From NCBI GenBank assembly GCA_965215025.1, contig CBDCCV010000001.1, positions 234,619 to 298,618 on the forward strand: a stretch of 64,000 nucleotides of DNA, written 5' to 3'. The position numbers and the translations under genes were made by a program. Each line of letters starts with the position of its first letter. Within the stretch, counting starts at the first letter, position 1. Below are positions 42,081 through 52,179 of this stretch, piece after piece. Source of the stretch: Salinibacteraceae bacterium (GTDB lineage Bacteria > Bacteroidota > Rhodothermia > Rhodothermales > Salinibacteraceae). A model generated the notes under the pieces. The model saw only the letters and a list, made by a program, of their open reading frames with translations, made no database searches and had not been told where the DNA came from.

Positions 42081-43163
42081 ATGCGCTGTTCTCTACCCCG
42101 CTGCATCTTATTTGCCTGGAGCGCCGCACTACTCGTCGTGCTGCCGGGGTGCGACCTCTTCGGCTCGGGCAAGGACGACGATCCCGGCGTGGAGGGCGTG
42201 CCGCCGGAGCGCCTCGTGGCAATGGTCGCTGTCTGGGACGATGGGAAGGGCGGCGACAAACCAGTGCATCGCCTCGTCGTGGCCGACTTCGACGACCCCG
42301 CCGCGCGCTACGACGTGCTCAGGAAGGCCGGCGAGGAGGTACAAACCACCTGCTTCTCGCCTGACAAACGCCGCATTCTCTTCGCTGACAACAGCGGGAG
42401 CATCACCGGCGGACGCTCAGCGATGAAGCTCTACAACCTCGACAGTGGCGAAGTGCGCGCGCTCGACGGGGCGCCTACCGCTGCCACGTACGGCGGCACC
42501 AGCATGAGGTGTGTCTGGAGCGCGGATGGCTCAGGCTTTTACTACATGGCAGCTGGAGCCGCTGGAGCAGCTTTCTCCATGTACTACGACGTAGAAACCA
42601 AGCAGGCGCGACCATTCGGCATAAGAGAAACGGCGGGCGGTGATCCGGTCAGCGGTGTTTTCTTTTTTGGCCTCAAGGGCCAAGACACGTTGATCGTGCG
42701 CTCTCAAATGTCGGAAAAGGCGCCGGACAGTCTTCATTACCTTATTGACGGCTACCACTATGTTGACGCCCAGACGGAGAAGTATCTCGGACGTATTAAG
42801 AACGAACACTTAAAATTCATTCCGTGGGAAGACAAAAGTCGCGGAGGCTTCAAACGAGCCGCCTACAGCGTGACCTACGACGGTGCGCCCGGCTTGATCG
42901 CCTTCATGCGCAAGACCGAAGAAGAGCGCAGCCTCGCCGTCACCGATCTCGAAGGCTCGTTCGTGAAAGACCTCACGACGGGCGGGCCGCTCTACATGGA
43001 CCTGGCGTGGAAGGGGCGTAGTACCCTGCTATTTTCTCAAGGGGGCGCGCAGAACCGTCCGCGCCGCATTTACGTCGCCAACGTCGAAACCGGCGAAGTG
43101 CGCTCCCTCGTCGAGCCGAACGCTATCGACGGAGCCATCCGACTTACCGAACCCGACTACTGA
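42081..43163 (+). CDS. lipoprotein, paralog A'
   Basis: MRCSLPRCILFAWSAALLVVLPGCDLFG; same architecture as 39579..40655. Confidence 0.78.
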   Translation: MRCSLPRCILFAWSAALLVVLPGCDLFGSGKDDDPGVEGVPPERLVAMVAVWDDGKGGDKPVHRLVVADFDDPAARYDVLRKAGEEVQTTCFSPDKRRILFADNSGSITGGRSAMKLYNLDSGEVRALDGAPTAATYGGTSMRCVWSADGSGFYYMAAGAAGAAFSMYYDVETKQARPFGIRETAGGDPVSGVFFFGLKGQDTLIVRSQMSEKAPDSLHYLIDGYHYVDAQTEKYLGRIKNEHLKFIPWEDKSRGGFKRAAYSVTYDGAPGLIAFMRKTEEERSLAVTDLEGSFVKDLTTGGPLYMDLAWKGRSTLLFSQGGAQNRPRRIYVANVETGEVRSLVEPNAIDGAIRLTEPDY

Positions 43164-43357
43164 TTCTCGCTTCGCTCTCCCTCACAAATGCTTCCAGAGG
43201 TGATGCCTGTCAACCGATTCTGACCGCAAACACGAAAAAAAGCCCTCGAAGGCTGCGCCGGCCGGACTGTGTCCGCCAAGACAAACAGGTCCGCGCGCGT
43301 GGCCTCGCAAGGGCTTCTTCACGACCGTCCTCCCGTCATCCAAACCGGAAAACAGCC

Positions 43358-45706
43358 ATGAAGCGTTCGACCATAGCCCTCATCCTCGCTTTTGTTTCTA
43401 CCGCCCTGTTCGCCGCGCCCGGTCTCGCGCAGACGCAGCAAGGGCCGCCCGATGCGGCGCCCGATTCGGTGCGCCGCGCCGCCGCCGCACAGTTTCAACA
43501 AGACCACGGCGCGGCGTGGCAGATCCAGTGGAGCGCCGAAACCGGCACGCCCGCCACACTCATGAGCGGCACCGCCGCCGGTTATAGCGGCCCACCGGAG
43601 CAGGCCGGTCGCGCCTTCCTCGAAGACCACGCGCAGCTCTTCGGCATCGAGAACGCGCAGACGAACCTGCGCGTCGCCCGGCAAAACGCCTCGCAGAGCG
43701 GTAGCGCGCAGGTGCTCTACCAGCAGGTCTACCGGGGCGTGCCCGTCCTCGCCAGCGGCTACCTCGTGGCCGTCAATGAGGCCGGTGAGGTTTATTACGT
43801 CAGCGGCGACTACTATCCGGACGTGAAACTGCCAAGCGTCGCGCCGCAGGTCAGCGCGCAGGCGGTGGTGCGCCACATGCGCGACGATCTCGACGCTGCC
43901 GGCCCGTCCAGCGAGTTCGAGGTGCTGGAGCAGCCGGAGCTGGTCGTCTACGTCGATAAGGGCAACGCAGGAACCGGCCCCGATGCGGGAAGCGCGGGCG
44001 AAAGCCTTTCGTACCACCTCGCCTACGTGGCGGAGGCCGAGCGGCGCAGTCCCCTCGAAGCCTACAAATACGTCATCGACGCGCAGAGCGGCACGGTGCT
44101 CTACAAAACCAGCCTCGTCGAAGACGCCGGCCACGCGCACGGCTTCGGCGGCGAGACACCGGCGACCGACGCCGGCGACGCGCGGCCCCGGCGCAACGCG
44201 GCAGGCAACGCCGCCCTCGTCAACGCGAGCGGGGAAGTGTACCGCACCAATCCGCTGCACGGAAGCCCGGTCACGGTGACGCTGACGCGCCTGCGCGACC
44301 TTTCCCCGCGCGACCTGTACGGCTACGAGGTAGACGTCAACGACCGCTTCGGCAACGCCGCCCTCTCCCCCTCGGGCGAGTTCGACTACAGCCCGTCAGA
44401 CTTTCGCTTCGACCAGGTCATGGTGTACCACCACAGCAACGACTTCGAGGCGTGGCTCGTCGGCGACCTCGGCTGGAGCGACGACACCGGCGAGGTGAAC
44501 GCCGAGACGCGCAGCGACCAGTGCTACGCCTGCACCATTCCATCTCAGGAGGACGCCTTCTACTCTGACGGCACAGGCTACCCCAATGTCATCCCTGGCT
44601 TCGAAAATCCGACGCACGAGGCGAGCATCATGGCGCACGAGCAGATGCACATCGTCAGCGAGAAGTACGATGACTTGAATCACAACGGCGACGGTGACGC
44701 CCTCGACGAAGGCTACTCCGACTACTTCGCCGTCGCCTATCGGATCGACCGGCAGAGCGGGCAATCCACGGTTGTTGGCGAATACGCCTTCGGCTCTACC
44801 ACGGCTGATCGCAACGTAGATAACAATTACGATGACCGCAACGCCGATAACGACGGCTGGGGTGGAAATAACTTCTACGACGAGTCGCTGGTGTTCAGCG
44901 GCGCGCTGTGGGACTTCACCACCGACGTTGCAACCGACGTAGAGGAGGCGGCCACGATCACGCTCGGCTCGCTGGGCCACCTCGACGCCGACCCGTCATT
45001 TCTGGACGCGCGCAACGCGCTCATCGCCGCTGCCAGAGACGCTGACAAGAGCAACTACGAGTGCGGCATCAAGCAGGCCTTTGCTGACCACGGCATCGGC
45101 ACGGCCCTGGGCGTGGAGGTTTACGGACCAACGGCGCGCATCAGTGGAGAGTCGGGCACGTGGTATGCCTCGGCCGAGTGCGCACGCAGTTCCGTTTCCT
45201 ACAAGTGGTACAAGCGCCCCCAAGGGACGCCCCCAAGCCACAACTTCTACATTGGCAGCGGCTCACAGATCACCGTTGCTTTCCAAGAAAGCGTCATCCT
45301 TTCGGCTAAGGGCACAAGCGGAGGAGAGACCGCCTGGGGAGAAATAAGCGTCTACGTAGGCGGCGGTGGCGGGTGCAATGCAGCTACCGGAAACCCCCCG
45401 GAACCCTGCTTAGTCTCGTCGCCCGGGGAGGCGCTGCCCGAAGCGTTCGCCCTCGAAGAGAGCTACCCGAACCCGGTGCGCAGTGAGGCGCAGATCCGCT
45501 ACGCGCTCCCCGAAGCTGCTCACGTTGAGCTATCCGTCTATGACGCGCTCGGGCGCGAGGTCGCGCGCTTGGCCGATGGCGAGAAGCCAGCCGGCTACCA
45601 CACGGCGACGTTCGAGGCGGGCGGGCTGCCGAGCGGCGTCTACGTCTACCGCCTGCGCGCGGGCGACGCCTTTGCCGAGTCCGGCAAGCTCGTCGTGGTG
45701 AAGTGA
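43358..45706 (+). CDS. secreted M4 (thermolysin-like) zinc metallopeptidase with propeptide and T9SS C-terminal sorting domain
   Basis: Signal peptide; HEQMHIV (HExxH) + ALDEGYSDYFA (second zinc-ligand motif); C-terminal ...SGVYVYRLRAGDAFAESGKLVVVK (Por_Secre_tail-like). Confidence 0.82.
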   Translation: MKRSTIALILAFVSTALFAAPGLAQTQQGPPDAAPDSVRRAAAAQFQQDHGAAWQIQWSAETGTPATLMSGTAAGYSGPPEQAGRAFLEDHAQLFGIENAQTNLRVARQNASQSGSAQVLYQQVYRGVPVLASGYLVAVNEAGEVYYVSGDYYPDVKLPSVAPQVSAQAVVRHMRDDLDAAGPSSEFEVLEQPELVVYVDKGNAGTGPDAGSAGESLSYHLAYVAEAERRSPLEAYKYVIDAQSGTVLYKTSLVEDAGHAHGFGGETPATDAGDARPRRNAAGNAALVNASGEVYRTNPLHGSPVTVTLTRLRDLSPRDLYGYEVDVNDRFGNAALSPSGEFDYSPSDFRFDQVMVYHHSNDFEAWLVGDLGWSDDTGEVNAETRSDQCYACTIPSQEDAFYSDGTGYPNVIPGFENPTHEASIMAHEQMHIVSEKYDDLNHNGDGDALDEGYSDYFAVAYRIDRQSGQSTVVGEYAFGSTTADRNVDNNYDDRNADNDGWGGNNFYDESLVFSGALWDFTTDVATDVEEAATITLGSLGHLDADPSFLDARNALIAAARDADKSNYECGIKQAFADHGIGTALGVEVYGPTARISGESGTWYASAECARSSVSYKWYKRPQGTPPSHNFYIGSGSQITVAFQESVILSAKGTSGGETAWGEISVYVGGGGGCNAATGNPPEPCLVSSPGEALPEAFALEESYPNPVRSEAQIRYALPEAAHVELSVYDALGREVARLADGEKPAGYHTATFEAGGLPSGVYVYRLRAGDAFAESGKLVVVK

Positions 45707-45747
45707 GTAAGAGGAAAGCAGCCAGCCGGTTGCTCTGTAGAAGAAAA

Positions 45748-45786
45748 AGCGCCCCGCGCCCTTTCCGGAGCCGGGGCGCTTTTTCT
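45748..45786 (+). terminator. Rho-independent terminator AGCGCCCCG...CGGGGCGCT + TTTTT
   Basis: Read directly after stop 45704-45706. Confidence 0.65.
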
Positions 45787-45999
45787 GTTACCTCAGCGCA
45801 TTCCGCCAGCAGACTTCCAAAGCGGAGCCTTCGACGAGAACCACGAAGTGCGGCTCAGCGTCCTGGAGAAAGCCCCACGCCATAGATGTGCACGAGGTCG
45901 TTAGCAAAGGACGGTATGGGTAGGCGCGAAGTGGCAGGCTGAAACGGCGATGCGCGCGGCGATAGATATAAGCGTTGCGAAACGGGGAAACGATGAGTG

Positions 46000-46073
46000 G
46001 AGGAGACGACGAGGACGAAGGAGCGAGCGCCCCGCCTTATCGTCGTTTCTTCCTCTCTTCCATTCGTCGTTTC
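46000..46073. repeat. GACGAC/GTCGTC palindrome family member (GGAGGAGACGACGAGGACGAAGG...CGTCGTTTCTTCCTC...CGTCGTTTCT)
   Basis: Seen directly. Confidence 0.5.
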
Positions 46074-46081
46074 TGCAAAAG

Positions 46082-46113
46082 AAAAGGCCCACCCAAAGCG
46101 GACAGGCCTTTTC
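46082..46113 (-). terminator. hairpin AAAAGGCC...GGCCTTTT downstream of rpoD
   Basis: Seen directly. Confidence 0.45.
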
Positions 46114-46141
46114 CCAGCGGAAGCCGTAAAACGAAGCACCC

Positions 46142-46981
46142 TCAGCCGATGTGCGTCTGCAGCTCTTCGCGGCGGTGCTTCTGGCGGAGCTTGCGCAGCG
46201 CCTTCTCCTTGATCTGGCGCACGCGCTCTCTGGTCAGGCCGAAGCGCTGACCGATCTCTTCGAGCGTCAGCGGGTGCTCGCGCCCGATGCCGAAGTAGAG
46301 CCTGGTGATCTCCGCCTCGCGCGGATGGAGCATCGAAAGGGCGCGCTCGATGTCGATCTTGACCGATTCGCCGAGCATCCCCTCGTCCGGGTCGGCGCCG
46401 TTCTCGTTGGGGAGGACGTCGAGGAGCGAGTTGTCGTCCTCCTCGTTGAAGGGGGCGTCCATGGAGAGGTGGCGCGAGGTGTGCTGCATGGCCTCGCGCA
46501 CCTTCTGCACGTCGATCTCCAGCTCCTCGGCCAGCTCCTCGATGTTGGGCTGGCGCTCGTGCTTCTGCTGGAGCTTCGCACTCGTCTTGCGGATCTTCGA
46601 GATGGTGCCGATCCGGTTAAGCGGGAGGCGCACCACGCGGCTCTGCTCGGCCAGGGCCTGGAGGATGGCCTGGCGGATCCACCACACGGCGTAGGAGATG
46701 AACTTGAACCCGCGCGTCTCGTCGAAGCGCTGGGCGGCTTTGATGAGGCCGTAGTTCCCCTCGTTAATAAGGTCGGCCAAGGAGAGGCCCTGCCCCTGGT
46801 ACTTCTTAGCAACGGAGACGACGAAGCGCAGGTTGGCGCGTGTGAGCTTGTGCAGCGCCTCTTGGTCGCCCTGCTTGATGCGGCGCGCCAGGTCTACTTC
46901 TTCCTCGGGTTCGAGCAGGTCGATCTGGCCGATCTCCTGCAGGTATTGATCCAGCATCCGTTGCTGGCGGGGGACGTACAT
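46142..46981 (-). CDS. rpoD: RNA polymerase sigma-70 factor, short Bacteroidetes-type primary sigma
   Basis: 279 aa from [18 protein letters not shown]; regions 2-4 ([57 protein letters not shown]). Confidence 0.9.
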   Translation of the reverse strand: MYVPRQQRMLDQYLQEIGQIDLLEPEEEVDLARRIKQGDQEALHKLTRANLRFVVSVAKKYQGQGLSLADLINEGNYGLIKAAQRFDETRGFKFISYAVWWIRQAILQALAEQSRVVRLPLNRIGTISKIRKTSAKLQQKHERQPNIEELAEELEIDVQKVREAMQHTSRHLSMDAPFNEEDDNSLLDVLPNENGADPDEGMLGESVKIDIERALSMLHPREAEITRLYFGIGREHPLTLEEIGQRFGLTRERVRQIKEKALRKLRQKHRREELQTHIG

Positions 46982-47170
46982 AGGTCGCTTAGCAGTTTGT
47001 GATGAGGGGCTAAGGCTTACGCGAGAGGGGCGCGCGCATGGGGGCGCGGCAGGAGAGAGGGGCGAGGTGCGCCGCGGAAGGATGCCCGTCCGGCGGCGGC
47101 TCTTCTCCACGCAGGCGGCCGGTGCGGGTTCCAGCTAATCAGTTGTTTCACTGCACGTTATAACAAAGCT

Positions 47171-48730
47171 TCAGCGTTTGTTTCCCGCGATAGCCAAAAC
47201 GTCATCGGCCACGCGGCGTTCCTCGCTCATACGCGGCACCTTCGTCTGCCCGCTGATGTGCTCCTTTTCTCCCTGGAGCCAGGCGTAGAAGGTGCCGGGC
47301 GCTACGGGCACCACCTCCGGGCCGCTGAACGCGCGCGCCTCGCGGCGGATCTGGTAGTGGCGGTTCACCGCCTGCAGGTGCTCGTCGATGACCTCGGCAA
47401 ACCTCTCGGCGTCGGGCGGCGCGCCCTCGAACTCGACGAGCCACTGGTGGCCGGGCAGCGCGCCCTCGCTTTCCGGGCGCGGGGCGATGTGGAAATCGGT
47501 CATGCTGGTAGAGGTGGCCTCGCACGCCTTCTGCAGGGCCGCGCGCGCCTCTTCGCCAAAGACGGCCTCGCCGTACTTGTCCATCATCTCCGACGTCCGC
47601 CCGGCCACGACGATCTTGTGCGGAAAGACCTCGGTAAAGCGCACGACGTCGCCCAGGGCGTAGCTCCACAGGCCGCTGCACGTGGTCACGTAGACGGCGT
47701 AGCGCACGCCGGGGCGCACCTCGTCAATGGCGAGGCGGCGCGGGTTCTCTTCGGAAGCGAGCGCGTCCATCGGCACGAACTCGTAGAAGACGCCGCTGTC
47801 GAGGTGCAAGAGCATGGCCGGGTCCTCGACGTCGTTCTGAAACGCGATGAAGCCCTCCGAGGCGCCGTACGTCTCGATAAAGTCGATCTCGTGGCCGATG
47901 CGCGCGGCGATGAGCGCGCGGTACGACTTCAAGGCCACGCCGCCGGAGATGAGCACTTGCAGGTTCGGCCACACGTCGCCCACCGTTTTCGCGGGCGGCG
48001 CGCCCGGTTTCCGCTGCGCGTTGTGGGCTTCGATAAGGCGGTCGAAGAGGACGAGCGCCCACGTCGGCGCCATGACCAAGAGGCGGATGTCCTGCGTGGC
48101 CGTCTTTTCGGCGATGGCCTGGAGCTTCTTTTCCCAGTTCGGGCGGAAGGCCACCTCGTTGGATACGGCCTGGTAGAAGCGGCGGAAGTACGTGGGCGCC
48201 GCCTCGGCCACGAGGCCGCTCACCTCGCCCACCTGCGTGTCGGGGAACTGCGCGTCCGGCTCGATGCGGCCCGGCAGCGTGAGGTGCTTGCCCAGGAGGA
48301 AGCCCGCCTTGCCCGTGGTGGCGAGGTAGTTCACCGCCGCGCCCACGCCGAAGTCGCGCGTTTTGGCGAGCATCTCCTCGGAGACGGGGATGATCTTGCC
48401 GGCGGAGGCCGTACCGCTGGAGACGGCGAACTTTTTGAAGCGCCCCGGCCACATCACATCCGAGGCGCCGGCGCGCATCCGCCGCACGTCCTCGCGGATG
48501 CGCTCGTAATCGGCCAGGGGGACGCGGCGCTGGTAGGCGGCCACGACGTCCGGCGCCTGGGCGATCTCGGCGAAGCCGTAGCGGCGGCCCCACTCCGTCT
48601 CGGCAGCTTCTTGCAGAAGCCGCCGCAGGAGCCGGCGCTGCGTCCGGGTGGGCGCCTCGGTAAACTGCCGGATGGTGCTGAGCGGCCCGAGCGGCAGGCG
48701 ACCGAGGAGCGCCTTGAGTGCGGTGCTCAT
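47171..48730 (-). CDS. GH3-family (auxin-responsive promoter / acyl-amido synthetase-like) protein
   Basis: Adenylate-forming GH3 motifs (FAVSSGTASAGKIIP, YGASEGFIAF, ...) start MSTALKALLG. Confidence 0.82.
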   Translation of the reverse strand: MSTALKALLGRLPLGPLSTIRQFTEAPTRTQRRLLRRLLQEAAETEWGRRYGFAEIAQAPDVVAAYQRRVPLADYERIREDVRRMRAGASDVMWPGRFKKFAVSSGTASAGKIIPVSEEMLAKTRDFGVGAAVNYLATTGKAGFLLGKHLTLPGRIEPDAQFPDTQVGEVSGLVAEAAPTYFRRFYQAVSNEVAFRPNWEKKLQAIAEKTATQDIRLLVMAPTWALVLFDRLIEAHNAQRKPGAPPAKTVGDVWPNLQVLISGGVALKSYRALIAARIGHEIDFIETYGASEGFIAFQNDVEDPAMLLHLDSGVFYEFVPMDALASEENPRRLAIDEVRPGVRYAVYVTTCSGLWSYALGDVVRFTEVFPHKIVVAGRTSEMMDKYGEAVFGEEARAALQKACEATSTSMTDFHIAPRPESEGALPGHQWLVEFEGAPPDAERFAEVIDEHLQAVNRHYQIRREARAFSGPEVVPVAPGTFYAWLQGEKEHISGQTKVPRMSEERRVADDVLAIAGNKR

Positions 48731-48972
48731 GGCGAGAGGACTTGGCGGTACAGAAAACGAAGCGGAGTACAAAAGCGCCGGCGCAGGGGCAGCGCTCTAC
48801 GGCGCCCGTAACAGGCCGCATGTGCGAACTATCGGGCAAAAGACGTGCCCCGCCTCGCTTTGACGCGCGTGCGACGCTATGTTATGTGTATCGGAAAAAC
48901 GCATTCGTAAAAGCGCCGCCTGCCCGTTCCGTTCCGTTCACCTGGGACGCGCCGCCTGCCTTCCGTGCCGCT

Positions 48973-49962
48973 ATGCCACTCCGCTCTGACTTGCCTGCGT
49001 TGAACGTCGCGCGCGTGCCTGCGCCAAAGGCCTCGCCGTTCGTGCTCGACTGCCGGGGCCGCCGGCTCGACTGCCGCCCCGGCCAGGGCGTGCTCGCCCG
49101 GCGCGGCGCGCACGTCATGGGCATCCTCAACGTCACGCCCGACTCGTTCTCCGACGGCGGCTTGTACCAGGGCGTCGAGGCCGCCGTCGCGCGCGCGGTA
49201 GAGATGCTCGCCGAGGGCGCCACCCTCATCGACGTCGGGGGCGAATCGACGCGGCCGGCCGGCTCCGTCTACGGCGAGGGCGCCGCCGAGGTGGCCGCCG
49301 AGGAGGAGCTTCGGCGCGTCGTGCCCGTCATCGAAGCGCTCGTGGAGGCGTTCCCGGAAGCCCTTCTTTCCATCGACACGTACAAGCCGGAGGTGGCGCG
49401 CGCCGCGCTCGAGGCCGGTGCGCACCTCGTCAACGACGTGACGGGCCTGCGCTTTTTTCCTGAGACGGCCGCCGTCTGCGCCGCGCACGGCGCGCCGCTC
49501 GTGGTGATGCACGCCCTGGGCCGCCCCGGTCAGATGCCACACCAGCACACCTACGCCGACGTGGTGGCCGAGGTGAAAGCCTCGCTGGCGGCCTCGGTGG
49601 AAAAGGCGGAAGCGGCGGGCGTGCGCCACGTCATCGTTGATCCGGGGTTCGGCTTCGGGAAGTCGGCCGCAGAGAATTTGCGGCTCGTCGGGTGCGCGGA
49701 TGCGTTTTTGGAGATGGGGCGGCCCGTTCTGGTGGGGATCTCGCGCAAGAGCACCATCGGCGCGGTGCTGGGGACGGCCGAGGCGCCTGCGCCGGTGGAG
49801 GGGCGGCTCTACGGCACGCTCGGCGCCACGGCGGCGGCCGTCGTGCACGGCGCCACGCTCGTCCGCACGCACGACGTTCGCGCCACGGTGGAGATGCTGC
49901 GCCTTTTGGCCGCTACTTTCGCCGCCGCCGATGCGGCTGAAGACGTGGATCGTGGGTCGTAG
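48973..49962 (+). CDS. folP: dihydropteroate synthase
   Basis: VMGILNVTPDSFSDGG, IDVGGESTRPG, DPGFGFGK motifs. Confidence 0.9.
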   Translation: MPLRSDLPALNVARVPAPKASPFVLDCRGRRLDCRPGQGVLARRGAHVMGILNVTPDSFSDGGLYQGVEAAVARAVEMLAEGATLIDVGGESTRPAGSVYGEGAAEVAAEEELRRVVPVIEALVEAFPEALLSIDTYKPEVARAALEAGAHLVNDVTGLRFFPETAAVCAAHGAPLVVMHALGRPGQMPHQHTYADVVAEVKASLAASVEKAEAAGVRHVIVDPGFGFGKSAAENLRLVGCADAFLEMGRPVLVGISRKSTIGAVLGTAEAPAPVEGRLYGTLGATAAAVVHGATLVRTHDVRATVEMLRLLAATFAAADAAEDVDRGS

Positions 49963-50063
49963 GTTGTGGATGGTTTTTCAGCAGGCGCCGAGGCGGCCCA
50001 CAGCTTGCCCTCCACGATCTACCCTCCGCGGTTCGTAACACGAAATCCGTTCCTGAGAAAACC

Positions 50064-50882
50064 ATGCCTCTGGCGCTCAAGCTTTTCGGCATCATCCCGG
50101 TGGACCTGCTCGACGCGGTCGAGGTCGCCCTGGTGGCGTACGTCTTGTACCGGCTCTACCGATTCATGCGCGGGACCATCGCCGTGCAGATCTTCATCGG
50201 CATCGGGGCCTTGTACCTCATGCAGGTGATCGTGCGGATTTTGGACATGACCATGCTCAAGGCCATCTTCGAGTCGGTGGGCAGCGTGTTCGTCCTGGCC
50301 ATCATCATCGTGTTCGCGCCGGAGATCCGGCGGCTCTTGCTGCTCCTGGGGCAGAACCCGCTCATCCGGCGGCTCGTCTCCTCGGCGGCCGAGCAGCAGG
50401 AGGTGTTCACCGAGACGGTCGAGGCCGTCGAGCGCATGAGCCGCGAGCGCATCGGCGCCTTGATTGTCTTCGAGCGCACGACGGGCCTGAGGAGCTACAT
50501 CGAGACGGGCGAGCGGATTAAGGCGCACCCCTCGCGCGACCTCCTCGTCACCCTCTTCCACGGGCAGAACCCGCTCCACGACGGGGCCGTGATCATCCAG
50601 AACCAGCTTATCGAGGCGGCGCGCTGCATCCTCCCCGTCTCGACCTCGATGCGGCTCAGCCCGCAGATGGGCCTCAGGCACCGCGCCGCCGTGGGCCTGA
50701 CGGAGCAGACCGACGCCTTCGTCGTCATCGTCTCCGAGGAGACGGGCGGCATCTCCGTCTCCGAGAACGGCCGGCTCATCAGCGGCCTGGACGTGGCCGA
50801 CTTCCGCCGCCGCCTCGCCGAGGCCCTCTCCGCGCAGCCCGCCACCGCCGCCGCCCCGGAGGGCGCGCTGGCCGAGGCCTGA
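50064..50882 (+). CDS. cdaA: diadenylate cyclase CdaA (DisA_N)
   Basis: 3 N-terminal TM helices + DAC domain (GALIVFERTTGL, LHDGAVII, RHRAAVGLTEQTDAFVVIVSEETG). Confidence 0.9.
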   Translation: MPLALKLFGIIPVDLLDAVEVALVAYVLYRLYRFMRGTIAVQIFIGIGALYLMQVIVRILDMTMLKAIFESVGSVFVLAIIIVFAPEIRRLLLLLGQNPLIRRLVSSAAEQQEVFTETVEAVERMSRERIGALIVFERTTGLRSYIETGERIKAHPSRDLLVTLFHGQNPLHDGAVIIQNQLIEAARCILPVSTSMRLSPQMGLRHRAAVGLTEQTDAFVVIVSEETGGISVSENGRLISGLDVADFRRRLAEALSAQPATAAAPEGALAEA

Positions 50883-50933
50883 CGCCCCATCCGCCCCGAC
50901 CGCCCTTTTCTGACGGACCCCCGCCCCGCCTCC

Positions 50934-51632
50934 ATGCCTGACGATCAGGAATCCGCCCGCGAGGCGCGCACCTACGCGCGCCGCCGCCGCCGCATGGTGG
51001 ACGCTCTCGAAAAGCGCGGCATCACCAACGCGCGCGTGCTGGACGCCTTCGGGCGGGTGCCGCGCCACCGCTTTGTGGACCACGCCCTGCGCCCGCGCGC
51101 CTACAAGGACGAGGCGCTCCCCATCGGCCTGAAGCAGACGATCTCGCAGCCGTTTACCGTGGCGTACCAGACCTCGCTTTTAGATCCGCAGCCCGGCGCG
51201 CGCGTCTTGGAGATCGGCACGGGATCGGGCTACCAGGCCGCCATCCTGCGTGAGATGGGCGTGCGCGTCTTTTCCGTCGAGCGCCACGGGCCGCTCCTCA
51301 GGCGTACGAGCCAGCTTCTGGAGCGCCTCGGCTACCGCGTCGTTGCCAGGGAGGGCGACGGCACGTTTGGCTGGCCCGCCTTTGCGCCGTACGACGGCAT
51401 CGTTGTCACGGCCGGCGCCGCCGAGGTGCCCACCGCGCTCCTGGAGCAGCTCCGCCTCCCCGGAGAAGGCGAGCGCGCGGGCGGGCGCCTCGTCATCCCC
51501 CTGGGCGACGCCGAGGGGCAGACGATGACGCGCCTGACGCGCCTCGGCCCGGACGCCTTCGAGGAGGAGGCGCACCACTCCTTCCGCTTCGTCCCGCTTA
51601 TCGGCGAGGGCGGCGGCGCGATGGAGTCCTGA
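50934..51632 (+). CDS. pcm: protein-L-isoaspartate O-methyltransferase
   Basis: VLEIGTGSGYQAA SAM motif and PCMT-family layout. Confidence 0.88.
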   Translation: MPDDQESAREARTYARRRRRMVDALEKRGITNARVLDAFGRVPRHRFVDHALRPRAYKDEALPIGLKQTISQPFTVAYQTSLLDPQPGARVLEIGTGSGYQAAILREMGVRVFSVERHGPLLRRTSQLLERLGYRVVAREGDGTFGWPAFAPYDGIVVTAGAAEVPTALLEQLRLPGEGERAGGRLVIPLGDAEGQTMTRLTRLGPDAFEEEAHHSFRFVPLIGEGGGAMES

Positions 51633-51669
51633 GCGTTCGACGTTTCAACATCAGAGCCGCAGCGCCTTT

Positions 51670-52160
51670 ATGCCTGTTACGCCGTACCACTTCGGGCCGG
51701 GCCTCTTGCTCAAAGGGATCGCGCCGCGCGCCACCTCCTTGTCAGCCTTCGTCCTGGCGAACGTGGCGATTGATACGGAGGTGGCCGTGAACCTCTGGAC
51801 CGGCCGTTACCCATTGCACGCGACGCTGCACACCTACGGGGCCGCCGTCGTCGTAGGCCTGCCGCGGGCCTGGCGGTTGCTGGGGCCGGACGCTTGGCAA
51901 AACGGGAGCAGGCCGAGTGGGCCGTACAGCCGGCCCTCATTGGTGGGCTGCTCGGCGGGATCAGCCAGCCGCTCCTCGACAGCGCCATGCACGCGGACAT
52001 CCGCCCGTTCTGGCCCTTGAGCGCGTCGAACCCTGTCCTGCACGTGGTAGACGTTCAAACGCTCCACCTCGCTTGCGTTGCCGCAGGTGTGGTGGGCGGC
52101 GGCCTCATCGCGGCGAGGCGGTGGCGCCGCGCGTCAGAGCGCCCTGACGCCGGGCGCTGA
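51670..52160 (+). pseudogene. small membrane metal-dependent-hydrolase-like protein, apparent frameshift near 51860-51895
   Basis: ORF 51670..52020 degenerates into Ser/Arg junk; ORF 51894..52160 in another frame continues hydrophobic membrane sequence. Confidence 0.35.
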
Positions 52161-52179
52161 ACGCGCGCACGCGCAACGC

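Noticed and set aside
47258-49872. ORFs 47258..48811(+), 47724..48839(-), 48877..49872(-)
   Set aside because: Shadow ORFs of GH3 and folP genes.
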